Shown here: in pieces, positions 49,847-63,716 of the stretch
Layout of the letters: each line of letters opens with the position of its first letter
How positions within the stretch are numbered: the stretch's first letter is position 1
NCBI GenBank assembly: GCA_030704615.1
Contig: CM060731.1
Coordinates: forward strand, 38,068,001-38,132,000
Source of the DNA: Takakia lepidozioides
Lineage: Eukaryota; Plantae; Bryophyta
Direction of reading: 5' to 3'
Length of the DNA stretch: 64,000 bases
Notes under the pieces: model-generated
What the model saw: only the letters and a program-made list of their open reading frames with translations
Told to the model about the DNA's origin: nothing
Database searches by the model: none
Made by a program: the position numbers and the translations under genes

Positions 49847-50523
49847 CTTTTTGTCCCTACATCTGTATGTCTATGTGAGTCTGCTCTAGCTCCCTCCAGA
49901 TGTCTCATTGTTCAATATAGTATAAGTAGCCACCACCAGAATTTGGCAGTTTAAACTTTGTAAGTAATAAAATGGAACGCAATTTAGGCCTACCTTTGGC
50001 ACCCGAAGGTGGCCATTAAATTTGTCATTTAAAAATATGATCCAAAATGGTAGGGCCATTTCAAGTGATACTTCCAATAAACTGTCCGTCAAATGAAATT
50101 GTCATCCTAAGGTCTCCCTGGCCACAGCTTGCAACATTGCGGCAGTCGATTGCTTTGCAAAAAGCAGGCACCTATACTCTAATTGATAAGAAGTGAACAG
50201 GCTTTGAAAAAAGAAAGTATCTCATACCACACACTGTCATTGTCCCTGCACCCCTACAATCTAGATATGAATGTCAAATGTAGGAGCCTCAAATATGTAA
50301 AGAAAGTGTTTGACAACCCTAACAAAATGTTTTGTCATGGAGCCTGTTCTGGGTCTGCAATCTGTACATATATGCCAAATGTCCCACAACTCTAACAGCC
50401 TAGAGTACTTTGCGGTCATAACCTAGTAACCTTCAACCTATATACAATAAGTGACAGGCTGCCTGATTGACAATGTGCCAAAAGACAAATCGGCCAACCT
50501 TATCTGTGTGCTCACCCAAAATG

Positions 50524-52182
50524 TCACCGCAAAGAAATAAACTTTTGCAAGGAATCCAGAAGGCTCGGAGGCCAATGCTTAGTGTCCTTTACCCATGATA
50601 CATCAGTGTAGCGTGAGTCAAGCAGTGTGGCTATAGTGAACTGCTGCTCTGCCGGTACTGTTGCATGCTTATCCACATACAGTGCTGCTGCCAATGCTGC
50701 ATGCACCTCTGCAATCCCCCCAAAGCCAGTGCAACTAAGCAAAACCATGATGCAGTTCTCAAGTAAATCTGACATGCTACAATTTGTGCACCTCATGCGA
50801 AACCAAGCAGCATTCAATGCGACTCGAGGAAGAATTCAACTTAAGCAACTATTTAGTATGTATCCACAAAATCATCCAGCTTAGGGAATATACAGAGAAG
50901 TAGTGAGAGGGACCACAAGGGAAAACCATTCAAATTCCACTGATGGATTGAGCGCATTTCCGGTAGGAAAGCCTGCCTCACAGCCCATAGCACACAAAGT
51001 ACAAACAAGCCGGAGTACTTGTCACTACTATTGAAGTTTTGTTGCTCTTGTCATGATATCACATTTGGACAATGCAGCAACTCTGGACTAAGGGATAGGA
51101 CTTGATATGAAAGACTCTCACTCCTGAGTAGCAAAATTTGATGAATGCTGGGTTGCACATCTTCTTTTCTGCAATGTTTCCACCAGAATTGCTGCCATCT
51201 GTAAAACCAGAAAGAAAGAGAGAACTAGGTAGCAAGCTTACCAGGGTAACCTTTTAAACTAACTGATATGTCCTCCATCTCCAGAATGGCCTCACCTCGA
51301 TCCCCAACCTCGTAGAGTGACACGGCCCGCCCTACTCTTGCATACTCGGCCAATGCTAAGTCACCAGCATCCTGTGTTACCTGTACACACCCCCATACTC
51401 ACAGACTTGTGGCATATGAAGTAGCTGCATTGAATATCATGAGATGCAATTTCTCTGATCACCTAAGCACTGGTTCATGCTTCAATTTTGTTTTATGCGC
51501 ACCTCCTTCAGGTATTCATCGTCTGTATTACAACAAAGAGGAAGGACATCAATTCCAAATGAGGCAAAAGGAGGCAACGGGGGACCTGACTGAAGCAGCG
51601 CAAGGCTTCGGGGAAGTTGCCACGGGCCTGTGCCCGCTTGCCCGTGTTCAATAGCTCCAGTGCCTCTGACACCCTTCTGGAGAATGCATCACTTGCCTCT
51701 CTCTCTTCTTGCGATATGGGGTCATAGCCCTGCGACCGCACGGCAGCAATAGCCCCACGAATGTCCCCAGTAAACATCTCCATTGCGTGCGACGTTGGAG
51801 TTCCCAGAATGAGACAAGCCAAGGCCAAGGACGCCCCTATTAACCACCTGCTTCTAGACAATTTGAGGTGGCAGCTGCTCTGTTCTTGGGGTGGCATTTG
51901 CCCACGCATTGGTACTGGAAAATGTAGGGGCGAGAAGGGTGTAGATTGGAAATCACAACTGAATGATTGTTCGGGGCATTGCACATCGTGTTGGTGGTGT
52001 ATATGCCCACTCCACTGACGACTGATTTTCGGTCTAGGGAACAGAGATTCGGCCTTGAAGAGAGAGAGAATCGTACAGGTCACATACCAAGATTTTGACA
52101 AGGTTTGCTGGAATGGGTGGAGCTCGTATGGCATAAAATTGTGCAGATTGCTGCTCGCTAAACTCAGAAATTTTGAAGGCAT
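50524..52182 (-). CDS. TPR-like conserved plant protein, predicted chloroplast/thylakoid-lumen targeted (3 exons, ~306 aa)
   Basis: Exons 52182-51586, 51380-51242 and 50708-50524 have GT/AG sites and total 921 nt in frame. Motifs EALELL..G.F.EAL..FSQ / EYARVGRAVSLYEVGDRGEAILEMEDISVSLKGYP / EVHAALAAALYVDKHA..QFTIATLLD..HWPPSL. A Ser-rich N-terminus and SRSRWLIGASLALACLILGTPTSHA resemble a bipartite transit peptide. Start codon uncertain (frame open to 52383). Confidence 0.8.
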
Positions 52183-54346
52183 TCTTGTAAAGTCGTGAGG
52201 GGGAAAATGTCTGATGAAGGACTCACCGTCTATTTGTATGGAAAGGCCAATTTTCTTGAGGTCGTAGTACCTCAGTGCTTCGGACGCGATGAGGCGGCCA
52301 CCCATTAGTCTCCTCCGAACTACTCTACTGAACCATTGCTGACAACAGCGTTTCCTACGTGATGCTTTTTTCACTGCCACCAACAGCTACACAGAACGGG
52401 CATAACAACATACAGTGTCTCACCACAGCTGAGCTCATGTCGAAACCATAGATTGGGGAGGCTGGGCCAGGCGAGCATGGATGGTGAAGACGCCACGAAA
52501 ACAACCCCTCACCATCGGATGCGGTTCCTGGTGATGAGCTGTGTAGGTAGGTAGATGGCAACTGCCTTTAATGGTGCCCTACAGTCTTAAGGAGTACCTT
52601 ATCTACTGTCTTTGCTGCACCAGGGTTCCGTCAGAAGCAACATCTGTTCAAATCTTGCGTAATATGTCCTCAAGGCGTGCAACTTCCAAGTTGAATTGTT
52701 TTTTCTGCAGGCGGCAACAAACATGGGGCCCAAGGTTCTACAAGCAGCATCGTACAATGGATTTCGTGCTACACTGAAAGGAATAAGTCAATAGCAGTGA
52801 GCGAGCCTGCATGAAGGTAGAAGAAGATCTTTGAGAAGAGCAATCGCTGAAAGTTTCAAGCTGTTGCTTATGTTTCAAACTGATCGTTGAACACCTGAAC
52901 TTCTTAGCAAATCGCTAAAGATCTTTGAAAGATCGCTTGGAGAAAGAAACTTAGCCACTTGTCCTGTGTGGATACAGTAGAGATGGATGCCTGGTTCTAA
53001 GAGAAAGGTCAGATGCATGTTCCATAGTTAGCCTTTTTAGTTATAGCCCTGCTTTAAAATCTTGACTGCAACCATCAAGTCATGTGGTACAAGCCCAAAC
53101 TCAAGCTCTGCCTACAATTGAATCCTTCCAAGACATCCAGAGATCAATTAAAGCACAGTACATGGTGCTGAATGCCTCTCTTCTGAAGGCTTGACCAAGT
53201 TCCCTTGACCTCGCTTGACCAAGTTCTAGCAATTCTCGTGATCTAAGGCCTCATACAAAGTCAAACTTGGGCAAGTTTTGCAAGTCCACAGTGAGCCACT
53301 TGTCCATGCTTTCCATCTCATTAGTTATATCTCTGCAAGCCCTGCAGTATGCCCCATGGTAGTCCCCAACCTGTAGTATCTCATCACGGCTGTTTCAAAA
53401 AACGCTCAAGTCTTTTGTGTTGTTCTATCATCTCCCATGCTGCAAGTATTCTAGAAAGAGGTCATTGGACTACTAATGCTGTCACTGTTGGCAAGAAGGG
53501 GACGGATTGGAGGGGAGAGCCCAAAGGAGCTGACTACCATTACTGAAGGATTGCTCCAGTAGTGGGAGTTTCCTAGGTGTGGATGGATTTTAGCCTCCCA
53601 GAATACCTCCAGAAAGTTTTGGACAAAGCATGACCTGGATGAGCTAAATGCCAGAATCCAATAGATTTTCCACAAAACAAAACCTAAAGTAAATGGAGAA
53701 AGAGTCATACACTCACCGAGAACACTGTCACACCAAGGTCATAGATTGTGTCCACATCTATGATGAGATCAAGGTGAGACATGATGGACACGAAATTATG
53801 GAAATAACAGAGCTATGTTCTGTATTACGGCCATTTATATTTATTTCAGTGTACAAGTCCAAGGATAACACTAGTCTATGTAACTCTGCACAAAACCACC
53901 TCCCCTGAGGTGAGCAATCTGGATCCTCCACTCTATTTCCCTGGCCGATGTGTCCATGTGTCACATCATCATCATATGTTGACGGAAACCTATCCTTGCC
54001 TATCTCTTACAGGGTAATGAGCTTTCTACAGGGCCTTCGACACCTTAACCTAGAGTTTGTCAGTCTCAGATACCAAAATAAAGTTTCTTATGCAGAGCAA
54101 TAATGAATGCATACAAGGAATAATCCCATTACGCCAGATGGTCAATCCCCACCATCATCTCAGAGCCATAGACCTTTGGCTGTGGCAGTGTCCAGCATTT
54201 AAATTTCCATGTGGCAAAGATTTGCACCCCAGTGCTTCTCACTGTTAAAGACAGTCTCCTGTGATTGTGTTAAACATCAGGAAGGCACATTAGAAGGGAA
54301 GCAATCACGCGCATGGCAGCTAGGAAAAGCAAGTTGGAGACGTGTG

Positions 54347-57300
54347 TTACCACGTATACTTGGCAGCTAGGAGCACTTCCTCATATTGTTGAGCTGCATT
54401 ATCCCAGCTCAGGTCCTGGGACATGCCACGCTTCTGGATACCTGCCCAGCTGCTCTTGTAGTCACGATATGTCCACATTGCGTTTCCAACAGCATGGATT
54501 AGACCTGAAACCTCTGCCCCCTCAAATGTCCAGCCCAGTCCAGATTCTGTGAAGGGATTAAATGGTTGCACGGTATCTTTCAGGCCACCTACAGAATGCA
54601 CCACAGGGACTGTCCCATAGCGCATGGCATACAGCTGATTCAGCCCACATGGCTCAAATCGCGATGGCATTAACAGGATGTCTGCGCCTGCAGTAATACG
54701 GTGAGCAGTCTTGACAGAGAACCCTACCCATCCACGCACTTTATCACGATGCGCGCCTTCAAAATGACGCAACATATTTTCAAGATCTGGGCGGCCTGTA
54801 CCAAGCATGACCAACTGCAGATCTTGGTCCATCATCCATGGCATTGCTGCACCTAACAAGTCCACCCCTTTTTGGTGATCGAGGCGCCCAATGAATCCAA
54901 GCAATGGCACATCACTGCGCACTGGCAACCCCAGCTCCCTCTGCAGTGCAGCTTTGCACATGGCTTTTCCAGTTTCTAGAGTCTCTATGGTGTAGTTGCT
55001 GTAGCCATCCGACTTGAGACAACCATCTAGCTCAGGATTCCACTCCTTGTCATCAATACCATTGACAACGCCCCTCAGCTTCCAGTTGTGATCGCGAACG
55101 ACACCATCTAACCCCCACCCTCCACCTGGAGTCTGACATTCCCACGCATAACCATGACTCACAGTCACAATACGGTGTGCGGTGATGAGGCCTGCCATAA
55201 AGATATTATTGTGCTCCCCTCCAACAGGGTCAAACAAGCGGAACTTGTTTACATAATGGTTTGGTAGCCCCAGCTTTGCATAGTCGGACATTGGGCCACG
55301 TCCCTGCAAGAAACGATCTCCACTGCAGAAATTTAGCTCACACTCTAGGTGCTACTCCAGCTGCAATCAAAAAATCGCCACCTAGTATTAATCCGTCCTC
55401 CTCCCTCCCAGCATCTCTCATACCCCTCTAGGAGGCTTGCAGAGTTACTCTGCAAATTTTCATGAGAGGGGAGGGGTGGTGAGGTAGGCACCTGATGCGC
55501 CAAGTTATGAATGACAAGGACTGAACGAGTGAACTCCATGATTCCATGGTCGCGATAATACGCCTGTAAATACACCGGCAGCAGTGCTGTGTGCCAATCA
55601 TTGGCGATGAACACCAGATTACCATCTCCATAGCACACACCGCCACATGGTACATGCCATGGCACCTGTGCTCACCAGAGCATCCCACCCCGCATTATCC
55701 TGTTGTATCAGATACATATTTGAGACAGGATCTGAATCATTGAAGCTAAATCTTGCCTCTAGCAGTTAACTAATTCAGCTCAGATTACTCTCTACAAAAT
55801 CCACGGTTTTGGCTACTTCGCAAGATGAAGCAACGAAGAAATAGAAAGAAGACACAAAAAGGAAGTTAATAATGGCCACAGGAAGCCCACAATGCTTATG
55901 GGACAATAACATGAGAAATCAATAGAGAAAGAGAATTGGTGAAATGTACCCATGAGGCTTCGTTCTCAGTTTACACCTTCGCAGTTAAACCTATGCCCAA
56001 TTTGGCAAACAGAAGGGGGAGTGGGAGGAGAGGAGAGGAGAATGGGCCCACTGTTGCTGCTGAAGCTCACTCCCTAGTTACAAAGGGAATTTGAATTATG
56101 GATTAGCATTGACATTATACTAGAGAAGGGTGAGGTTATTACCAGCACCACCCTGCAAACACGTGACAAATGTGGCTGTAGTTGAGAAAAGCAGACAGAG
56201 CAAAAGAGAAACAGAATATACACATTATACCTGGCTTCCTGTATCATTGGGGCCATAGAACCCATGAAGAGAAAGGAAAGAAATGAAAAGAAATGAAATG
56301 AAATAATACTTCACAACGTTAGCAGAAGGCTCAAAGAGCTCATCGGACAAGAGAAAGCGTGAAACAAGAAAGAGAGTGTGGCCTCAACAAGCAGCCCAAA
56401 ACAAGCTAATGATCCAGGGATTGTCTACGATGTAACACCTCATGCACATATGCTGCCAGGTATTTCTGATCCTCATAGTGGAACACCTCTGTGAGGGATT
56501 GGCTATCTCAGAATAGACATTAGTATCTCCCCTGGATCTCATAGTTGAAAGGAACTGTTTTTCAGCTTCAATTTCCATCTAGCACAAGCGGTCAGTGCAC
56601 TGCAGGCTACCATCATTGTGCTGTAAGATCCTATCATCATGACGGACCGAGAATCTCTAAGCATAGAACTGCTGCTTTTTTGTAAGATTGACTGTCCAGG
56701 TCCCCCTAACATGAAATCCGGGGAAAGCTCAAAGTGCTTATGGGACTAAAGAAAGCAGGATACAAGAAGGATGTGGGGGTCTCAACAGGCAGCCCAAACA
56801 TAACTATCATCAAGAGATCTCGAAGGTCAATAGCCTCTTGTAGATATGTTACCCAAAAGAGAGAATATACTCATGAGATGTTGTTTGCCATAGCCTTGTG
56901 GCGATAGACCCCGCGCCCAGTTTGGGCTGAACAAGAGGGAACAGACACTACCTTTGAGAGGGGCTCACTCCAGTACTGGAATTTCCCTTGGTATAAACAA
57001 TTCGTTCAGGGTTTCAAGATAGAAAGCCCTTCACACTAGTATCAATCTGCTGCGTGTGAGCTGCCCAGAAATTAGACCCCAACAGGGCCAGGGCTTTGAG
57101 CTCAGCCGAAAGTGAGAGAGAGAGAGAGAGAGAGAGATTTCCTGAAACTTTAAGAGCTGTGGATTGCAGTGACCAGATAACATATAGACCTCACATTACA
57201 CAATAGCCATTCTCTTGCCCACAAAGTAAGTGAATGTTGCTCCGAAAGGGGGCCACATCATGGAACAGCTAGCAAAGGAACGGACCCACCTCAACAGCAG

Positions 57301-60300
57301 CCTTGCAGAGCAGAATCATGCGCGTCAGTACATCCTGAAGGCACGCCAAGAGTAGTTTTTGTGAGTCCTTGAATCGAGAATGTTTTAACCTCTTAGACGT
57401 GTTTGAGTGTACTCTAATTCATGTCGTATAAACCTTTAAGTAGGTTTCATGGTAATTGCACCTGCACAAACTTCATTATCAAGTAAAACAACTATGCTAC
57501 ATAGTGATGACCATCTCATTTGCTACTTTCTATGGCTCTTGATCCAACTTCGGCAACTTTCATATTATTGCCTCTTGCAGTGTGATGGGCATACACCTGG
57601 AATGGAGCAAGACATCAGGTTACCTCATGTGAACCGCCGTAAATGTTGGAGGCAAATGCATGGAACATTGGTGAATCAATAAACACAAAGTCAACTCCAT
57701 CAATGTAACTATGAAAGTAGCCCACCTCCATATCCTGGCACATAAAGCCAAAGGAGGTGATGATGGCAAACAATGTGCTGTGGTAAGATAAGAAAGATAA
57801 TGTCAGTGAAACACCAGCGTTGGATTCTGGCAATTGGTCACTGAGTGCAGATAAAGATGTGCATTTCCTTCAAGATTGCAATAAAGAGATCATGAGGACT
57901 CTGTCCATGCTAAACAGAATATTTTATTATCAATTCCATCTACACATAGATTTTGTTCGAGAACATGGAAAGTAACAGGCGATTATGTTCATTCATTAGT
58001 CATCTTGTTTTGACAATCTTCTTACAAATGTTGGTTTTTCTTAAATCAATTTGAACATTCATATTGTCCACCAAATGCAAACATCCCAATGTCCCGTCTC
58101 ATCTATTCCTACTCATTATCTTGGCAATGACATGTTCATACTCAAGAAGAATAATTCAGATTCATGCAAATTCCAGTTATATTGAGTTGAAGGTAGTCTC
58201 TTGATGCCCAGCAAGATGCAAATGCGCTTCATCCACGCTGTCTTCATCTCTCTAGAAGTTAGAAGAACCCGCCAACGTCCACAATTTGATTCCTATTCGT
58301 GCCTACGGACTACATGTACAAATTAATCATATTGTAGATTTTTCTAAGAAATGTCTATATATCATAACAACTTAAAATAATGGCTAGACAAAGCAAGCCT
58401 AGACCCATCCAAGACAGTGAAGGCAACAGAGAGCAATGGAATGACAACCTGTCCGGAAACATTGTAATGCCTGCGTACTCCGGTTTCCCAAGCCTCTACA
58501 TAAATGCTGTAGCGAGGAGCCACAACCTGCAGTAAGCAACACCCACAAGAACACTTCAGGATAAAACAAGGAAAGGTCATAGCATCCGTATCCAGATCGA
58601 AGATCAAAGCTCAGCCCATCAAGGCAATGGTTGGTTGTGCAAGTGCTGAAATGCAGGGAAAAACAATCCAACCTTATTTCTCTCTTAGTTTCTTTGATTC
58701 TTTAATGTGCCAGCTCAAGGTCTGTAACAGAAGGGCTGAAATAGACCCTGTTACTTTCTAGCATGAAGTCAACATTAATGCGTACATCTTGAACTGTAGT
58801 CACTTGTTTGTAACCAGATTATCGTCAGCTGTGTGCTGGAAAATTTTAGTTCAGTCCAATATATCATGGAGGGCTACAACCACACCTTGGGGAGGGCATC
58901 TTGCTGGGACTATGACCTCCGAGGTAGGTCAATAGCTCATGTTCATTGTCAACAATGAATGAGTACATCTCTCTCTCAATGCTGTTGGCAAGACATTCTG
59001 CAGAGTTATAAGTACTCGTCTCGAGGTTGATCTGGAGTCTAGAGGTTGTTTCCACGAAGGCCAAGCTGGCTTTCTTCGAAACAGGGGCTGTGTGGATCAT
59101 ATCTTCACTCTAAGCCAGATTATCCAGCGAAGGAAAAAAGAAGGGAAACCCACTTATGTCTTTTTCCTGGATGTCAAAAAGGCTTATGACACAGTGTGGA
59201 GAGATGGCCTATGGTTCCGCCTCTGGTCTTGTGGGATCAAGGGAAAGATTTGGAGAGTTGTCCACAACTTGTATGCTCACACCAAAAGCTGTGTCACTGT
59301 TAACGGACAGAAGTCCAACTTCTTTGACATAGACCAAGGTGTAGCTCAAGGATGTACTCTCTCCCCTCTGCTCTTCAATGTTTTCATCAATCAACTCCTC
59401 GAGGATGTGGAAAGTGAGGGATTTGGGTTAAGGGTGGGTGATACCACCATACCAGCCCTTATGTTTGCGGATGACTTCGCAGGCATAGGGGAGACTCCAA
59501 CCAATCTCCAGGAGTTGATTGATTGCGCGAAGAGATACTTTGATCTTTGGGGGCTAGAGGCTAATGTCAGCAAATGTGCAGTGGTAGCATTCAACGACAG
59601 AGGAGAGGGAGGAAGTGATCTTAAGTGGCAGTGGGGTAGCCAAGAGATCCCGGTCCTCCCTTCCTACACTTACCTGGGCGTTGAGTTCTCCTCCAATTGT
59701 AATTGGGATGCACATATCCGGAAAGTTGTTCAAACTGGCAAGGGCAAAGCTCTGGGGCTCACGAAATTTTTCCACTGCAGAGGGGTCAACTCTGAGGTCA
59801 AGAAAACCATGCTTTGTCACGTTATTAGACCTGCCTTGGAGTACGGATCTGCTATATGGGTTGATAACTCCAACCAGGCTAAGTCTCTAGAATCCATTCA
59901 AGTGGGGGTGCTTAAGGAGTGTATGTCAGCATGCTCCAAAACAGCCAATGTGGCTGTTCGGGGTGAGTTTGGCATTCCGTCCTTAAGCTCCCAACGAGAT
60001 GAATTCAAGGTCAGATGGTGGGGTCAGCTGCAACATATGCCCAACACCAGATATCCTAAGTTAATCGACTCTATATCTTGGAAACAGGACCGCCCTGTCA
60101 AACAGGCTAAGTCCTGGCAGAAGAGAGTAGAAGAGATCCTCAAGGACCTGGACCTGGATCCGCAAGTCTTGACCCTGCTAGATAAATCTGACTTAGAGGC
60201 TGTAGTGTCCTCAGCCATGTCTGTTGCCATGAGATTGCCTGATGAAAATGAAGTTAGGCAGAAAACTTCCCTGAACTTGTTTCCAGTCTGTGACGTGGGG

Positions 60301-63300
60301 GAGGACATCTTGGATGACCTCAAGGGTCTACCCACTCTCGGCACTAGACTGAAATTTAAACTCAGGGCAGGAAGCCTACCTTTGAACAGCAAACAGAAGC
60401 AGAGAGGAAAGGGAGAGTGCAATTGCCCGTTGTGTGGGCAATCTGAAGACAGTATTCATTTTCTGATACACTGTCCGGGGTTCTCTCACCAAAGAGACGC
60501 TCTCTTCAAATCTATTAAGGGAATTGTGCCTGTACCCCTGTTTACCAACTTTGAAAGTCTCGAGGCTGAGCCAAAAGCCCAGGCCCTCCTGAGGCCTAGT
60601 TTTTGGGCAAATCACACACAGCAGATTGATGCTTGTGTGAAGGGATTTCTAGAGGATATCTGGAAAACCCGGATTAATTCTTTATATGGAGGTAAGTCTT
60701 ACTACCAACGTCAGCCCCTGACAGTGGTAGGTTCTGTCCCTTTTGTTCCCGCTCAAACTGGGCGCGGGGTCAATGGCCACAAGGCTACGGCAAACAACGT
60801 CTTATGAGTACAATCTCTCTCAATAGTACTTCAAATTGACTGAGCCAAAAACTTAAGATGGATGAAATCATAAAAATTCCTGTAAAATTCATGCGCTCCA
60901 CCAGCAGAAGCAGCTGAGTTTGATAGGTACCATAACACGGTGCCCTCGGTTCGCCAATGCCTTGGGTAAAGCTCCCACAACATCACCCAGCCCCCCTTCA
61001 GTTACAACCCAACCATGAGGTTAATACAATGCCCTTTTCCGTTTGAGGAACTTGAGCAAACTTATTTAACAATTTAGGAATAGCACATATAAACAAAATA
61101 AAACCATTAAGCCAGTATGCTCCGAAATGTGGATTTACTGCCACTAAGAAACAAAACTTCTTTCACCTTCCTTTCACCAGCAAGAGCCCAAGACCTAGTG
61201 CCAACCATGGAGTTACCAAAATTGACCCACATAAACACCTTGCTGCATCTCCTGGAAAACCTGATTTAGAGTGGGGTGGGGGTTTGCCTACCAGTCTTAG
61301 ACCATGGGGCACACTCAGCTGCCACCAGAATGATGTTCATCACATTAGGCCCTGCCAATGGAGGGGGCTTCTCAGACTGTTTATTGGATTCATCACTTGT
61401 GTTCACCTCGCCCTGCTTCTCAGCCTGCTTTCTGGATGAATCATTCATGCCCATATCATGACCCGACTCTTCAGTACTTACTACAGCAGATTTGAGGCCA
61501 TGGTCCACATGGAATGATCGCTTAAATTCATCTGGGATTGGGGCTGGTGCAATGATTGGAGATACGGATGGTGCAACAGAGGGAGATGTAGATGGGGAAG
61601 GGAAAGGTTGGCGAGCTGACACATTCGAGGATGGAGTTGATAGTTTTGGGGATGTGGGACTGGGCCGAGCTGTTGCTTGTGGCCTTCTATATGGTTGCAG
61701 GGAGCTATATGTGTCCCGGGGGGTTTCTCCCACTGGCTGAGGAACAATTTCTCCTGCTCCACTTGACTCAGGAGGTCCAGAACTAGGTGTCTCGGTCATA
61801 TCAGTCGACAAAGCAGAATTAAACTTTCGGCGCTCCTCTATCTGCAAAATTGTTTGCCACATGAAGTGAACATATAGAATAGTAAATACAAGGTACATTT
61901 GATATTCTATCCTTGGCCACCCTGACATTGCTCTACTGCTACACAACCCTCTGTATACTTGTCAGCAAAGGGGGGAAAATCCACATGTACACTGGCACCA
62001 ATGTTATGAGTTGCAAGTTATTGGAAGTGTGAGCCTACATTTCTTGGTGACATTATCTATCAGATGCACCATTCATCTTAGAAAATTCACCTCCCCACCA
62101 ATAATGTTCTGGCGTTCCATGGTGTATCAACAGGGAAAACAATCACAACATGTATGTGTGGTTGTGAATAATGCAAACAGACAAACAGACAGGGAGGGAA
62201 AGAGGTGTCAAGACGAATTCCACATCTGTCTATCAAAAACACTGACAATATTGATGGCACCAGCATCATACTTTTAATACTATGGCAATACGTTCCACTA
62301 GCACTCCCAAATAGCAACAACTTCTCCAGTTCTTCCCCAAAAAGTTCCTTATCGAGTTTAAGGAACACATGAAACCCGTATTGCTGCCAAAAGTGCTCGG
62401 CAAGATGCATGCTAGCTATAAAACATAGTGCAAACCGCAGACAGGCCTTCAGTTCTATAGAAAGCATGTTTCAAGATTGCCGCAAAGGATCTTCCTGGGT
62501 GCATATTGTTTGGGCACCTGACTGTTGCTTGCAAGGTAACCCAAGGAGAACAAGCCAATCCCCGATACAGACATTGGAATAATACTGCAAACGGTTCCGA
62601 TGTTTCAATGCATTGACCGCCATTGTGAGCCCAATGCAAGTAACTGCCAGGTTGTCATGGACATTCGGGTGACTCAGCCAGGTGCCGGTTTAAGAATTAC
62701 AGCAAAGAACTTGAGCACTGAAGTCCGTGACAGCAGCCTCTCTATCCTCCATTCAATACTCATTCCTGTGATAACAACATTCTCAGCAAATCTCGTGTGC
62801 AGCAACATAGCCTCTTCCACAGTGCCCCATAGTCTCTGTTGGGGGGTGGTTAAAAACCAGTCTTTCACTACCAGCTCAGTCCTCCATTGCATGATAGTGG
62901 ACAAATTGGCCGCATCCAACTCATCATGTCTTGAAGACTTCCCAAGGATACCTACAGCTGTGGTTCTGCTTGTCATAATATAAGATCCTCAGTGCACATA
63001 CTGCTGGTGATTAAAGAGGAAATTTACTTCAATCTGGATTGATAATTCGAGATTGCACTTAAACAGGGACACTGACCCTAGATGTTACGAACAAATTGGC
63101 CTCGAAGAAGCTGAGTTGTTTACATAACAGCATTTCCAAGGCATAACTCCCATCTCATGTGTTGATACACAACACTTTGGGAACATTTTAGCTTCCCCGT
63201 TGTTCAAAGCTCGAGTGGCGAATTGTATATAAACGTTATTCACAAACCCAGACATGGAAGAAATAGAGAAGAACGTACCTGGGTGAGAAGCTCTCTCTGC

Positions 63301-63716
63301 ATTTCCAACAGCCGCTTAGTCTTCTCCAGCACGGGGGGCCTATCCCCACTGCTGCTTGCAGACCCCTGCTCACTCTCCGCGCGCAACCGCACACAACGAT
63401 CCTCCGGCAGAGGCCCCCGCACATGAACTCTCCTGGCGAAGGTCGCACCTCCCCCATCACACTCAAAACAGCCCGAAGATTGCAGGAGCGGGATTCCCGC
63501 CCGTCTACTGCGAGAGCGAACTCTGAATCTTTCTGACAAACCATGCGAATCAAAGAAAGCCGAAGACGGGAATGGCCAAGACAGAGAACCAGGGGAGGGG
63601 CTGCAGTGGAGAGGGGATGTGAGGCAAGTAGCGGAAGAGGATGAAAGAGGGTTCTCTGTGACAGCAGAGGCGGACACGATGGATCCAGTTCTAGGCGCTG
63701 CCACGCACTGCGCCAT
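54347..63716 (-). CDS. SS2: Soluble starch synthase II (GT5 family), chloroplastic; 8 exons, 805 aa
   Basis: Exons 63716-63279, 61841-61292, 60995-60931 (65), 58526-58449 (78), 57734-57624 (111), 57334-57290 (45), 55665-55492 (174) and 55303-54347, all GT-AG, total 2418 nt in frame. SSII signature [31 protein letters not shown], plus [40 protein letters not shown] and a C-terminal AAKYTW. Confidence 0.96.
56270..56600 (-). mobile_element. Old 3' fragment of LINE family A in SS2 intron 6
   Basis: Minus strand reads [14 protein letters not shown], followed by the AGCTCtttGAGC stem-loop and a (CATTT)n-like tail (56270-56305). Confidence 0.7.
56859..57137 (-). mobile_element. Diverged 5'-truncated LINE family B fragment abutting (GA)n in SS2 intron 6
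   Basis: Reverse complement of ~60560-60820 (GGCGCGGGGTC..CCACAAGGCTA.GGCAAACAAC..ATGAGTA). (GA)n at 57115-57137. Confidence 0.8.
58981..60813 (+). mobile_element. Young 5'-truncated LINE family B insertion in SS2 intron 3, antisense to the gene
   Basis: Uninterrupted RT/C-terminal ORF to 60807 ([43 protein letters not shown]). 11-bp TSD TCTCTCTCAAT at 58970-58980 and 60814-60824. Confidence 0.93.

Noticed and set aside
53180-53290. TTGACCAAGTT repeats suggesting a solo LTR
   Set aside because: Could not define TG..CA ends or a TSD.
62412-62983. Several 75-127-aa ORFs in SS2 intron 1
   Set aside because: No recognisable motifs, and SS2 exons 1 and 2 join in frame without them.
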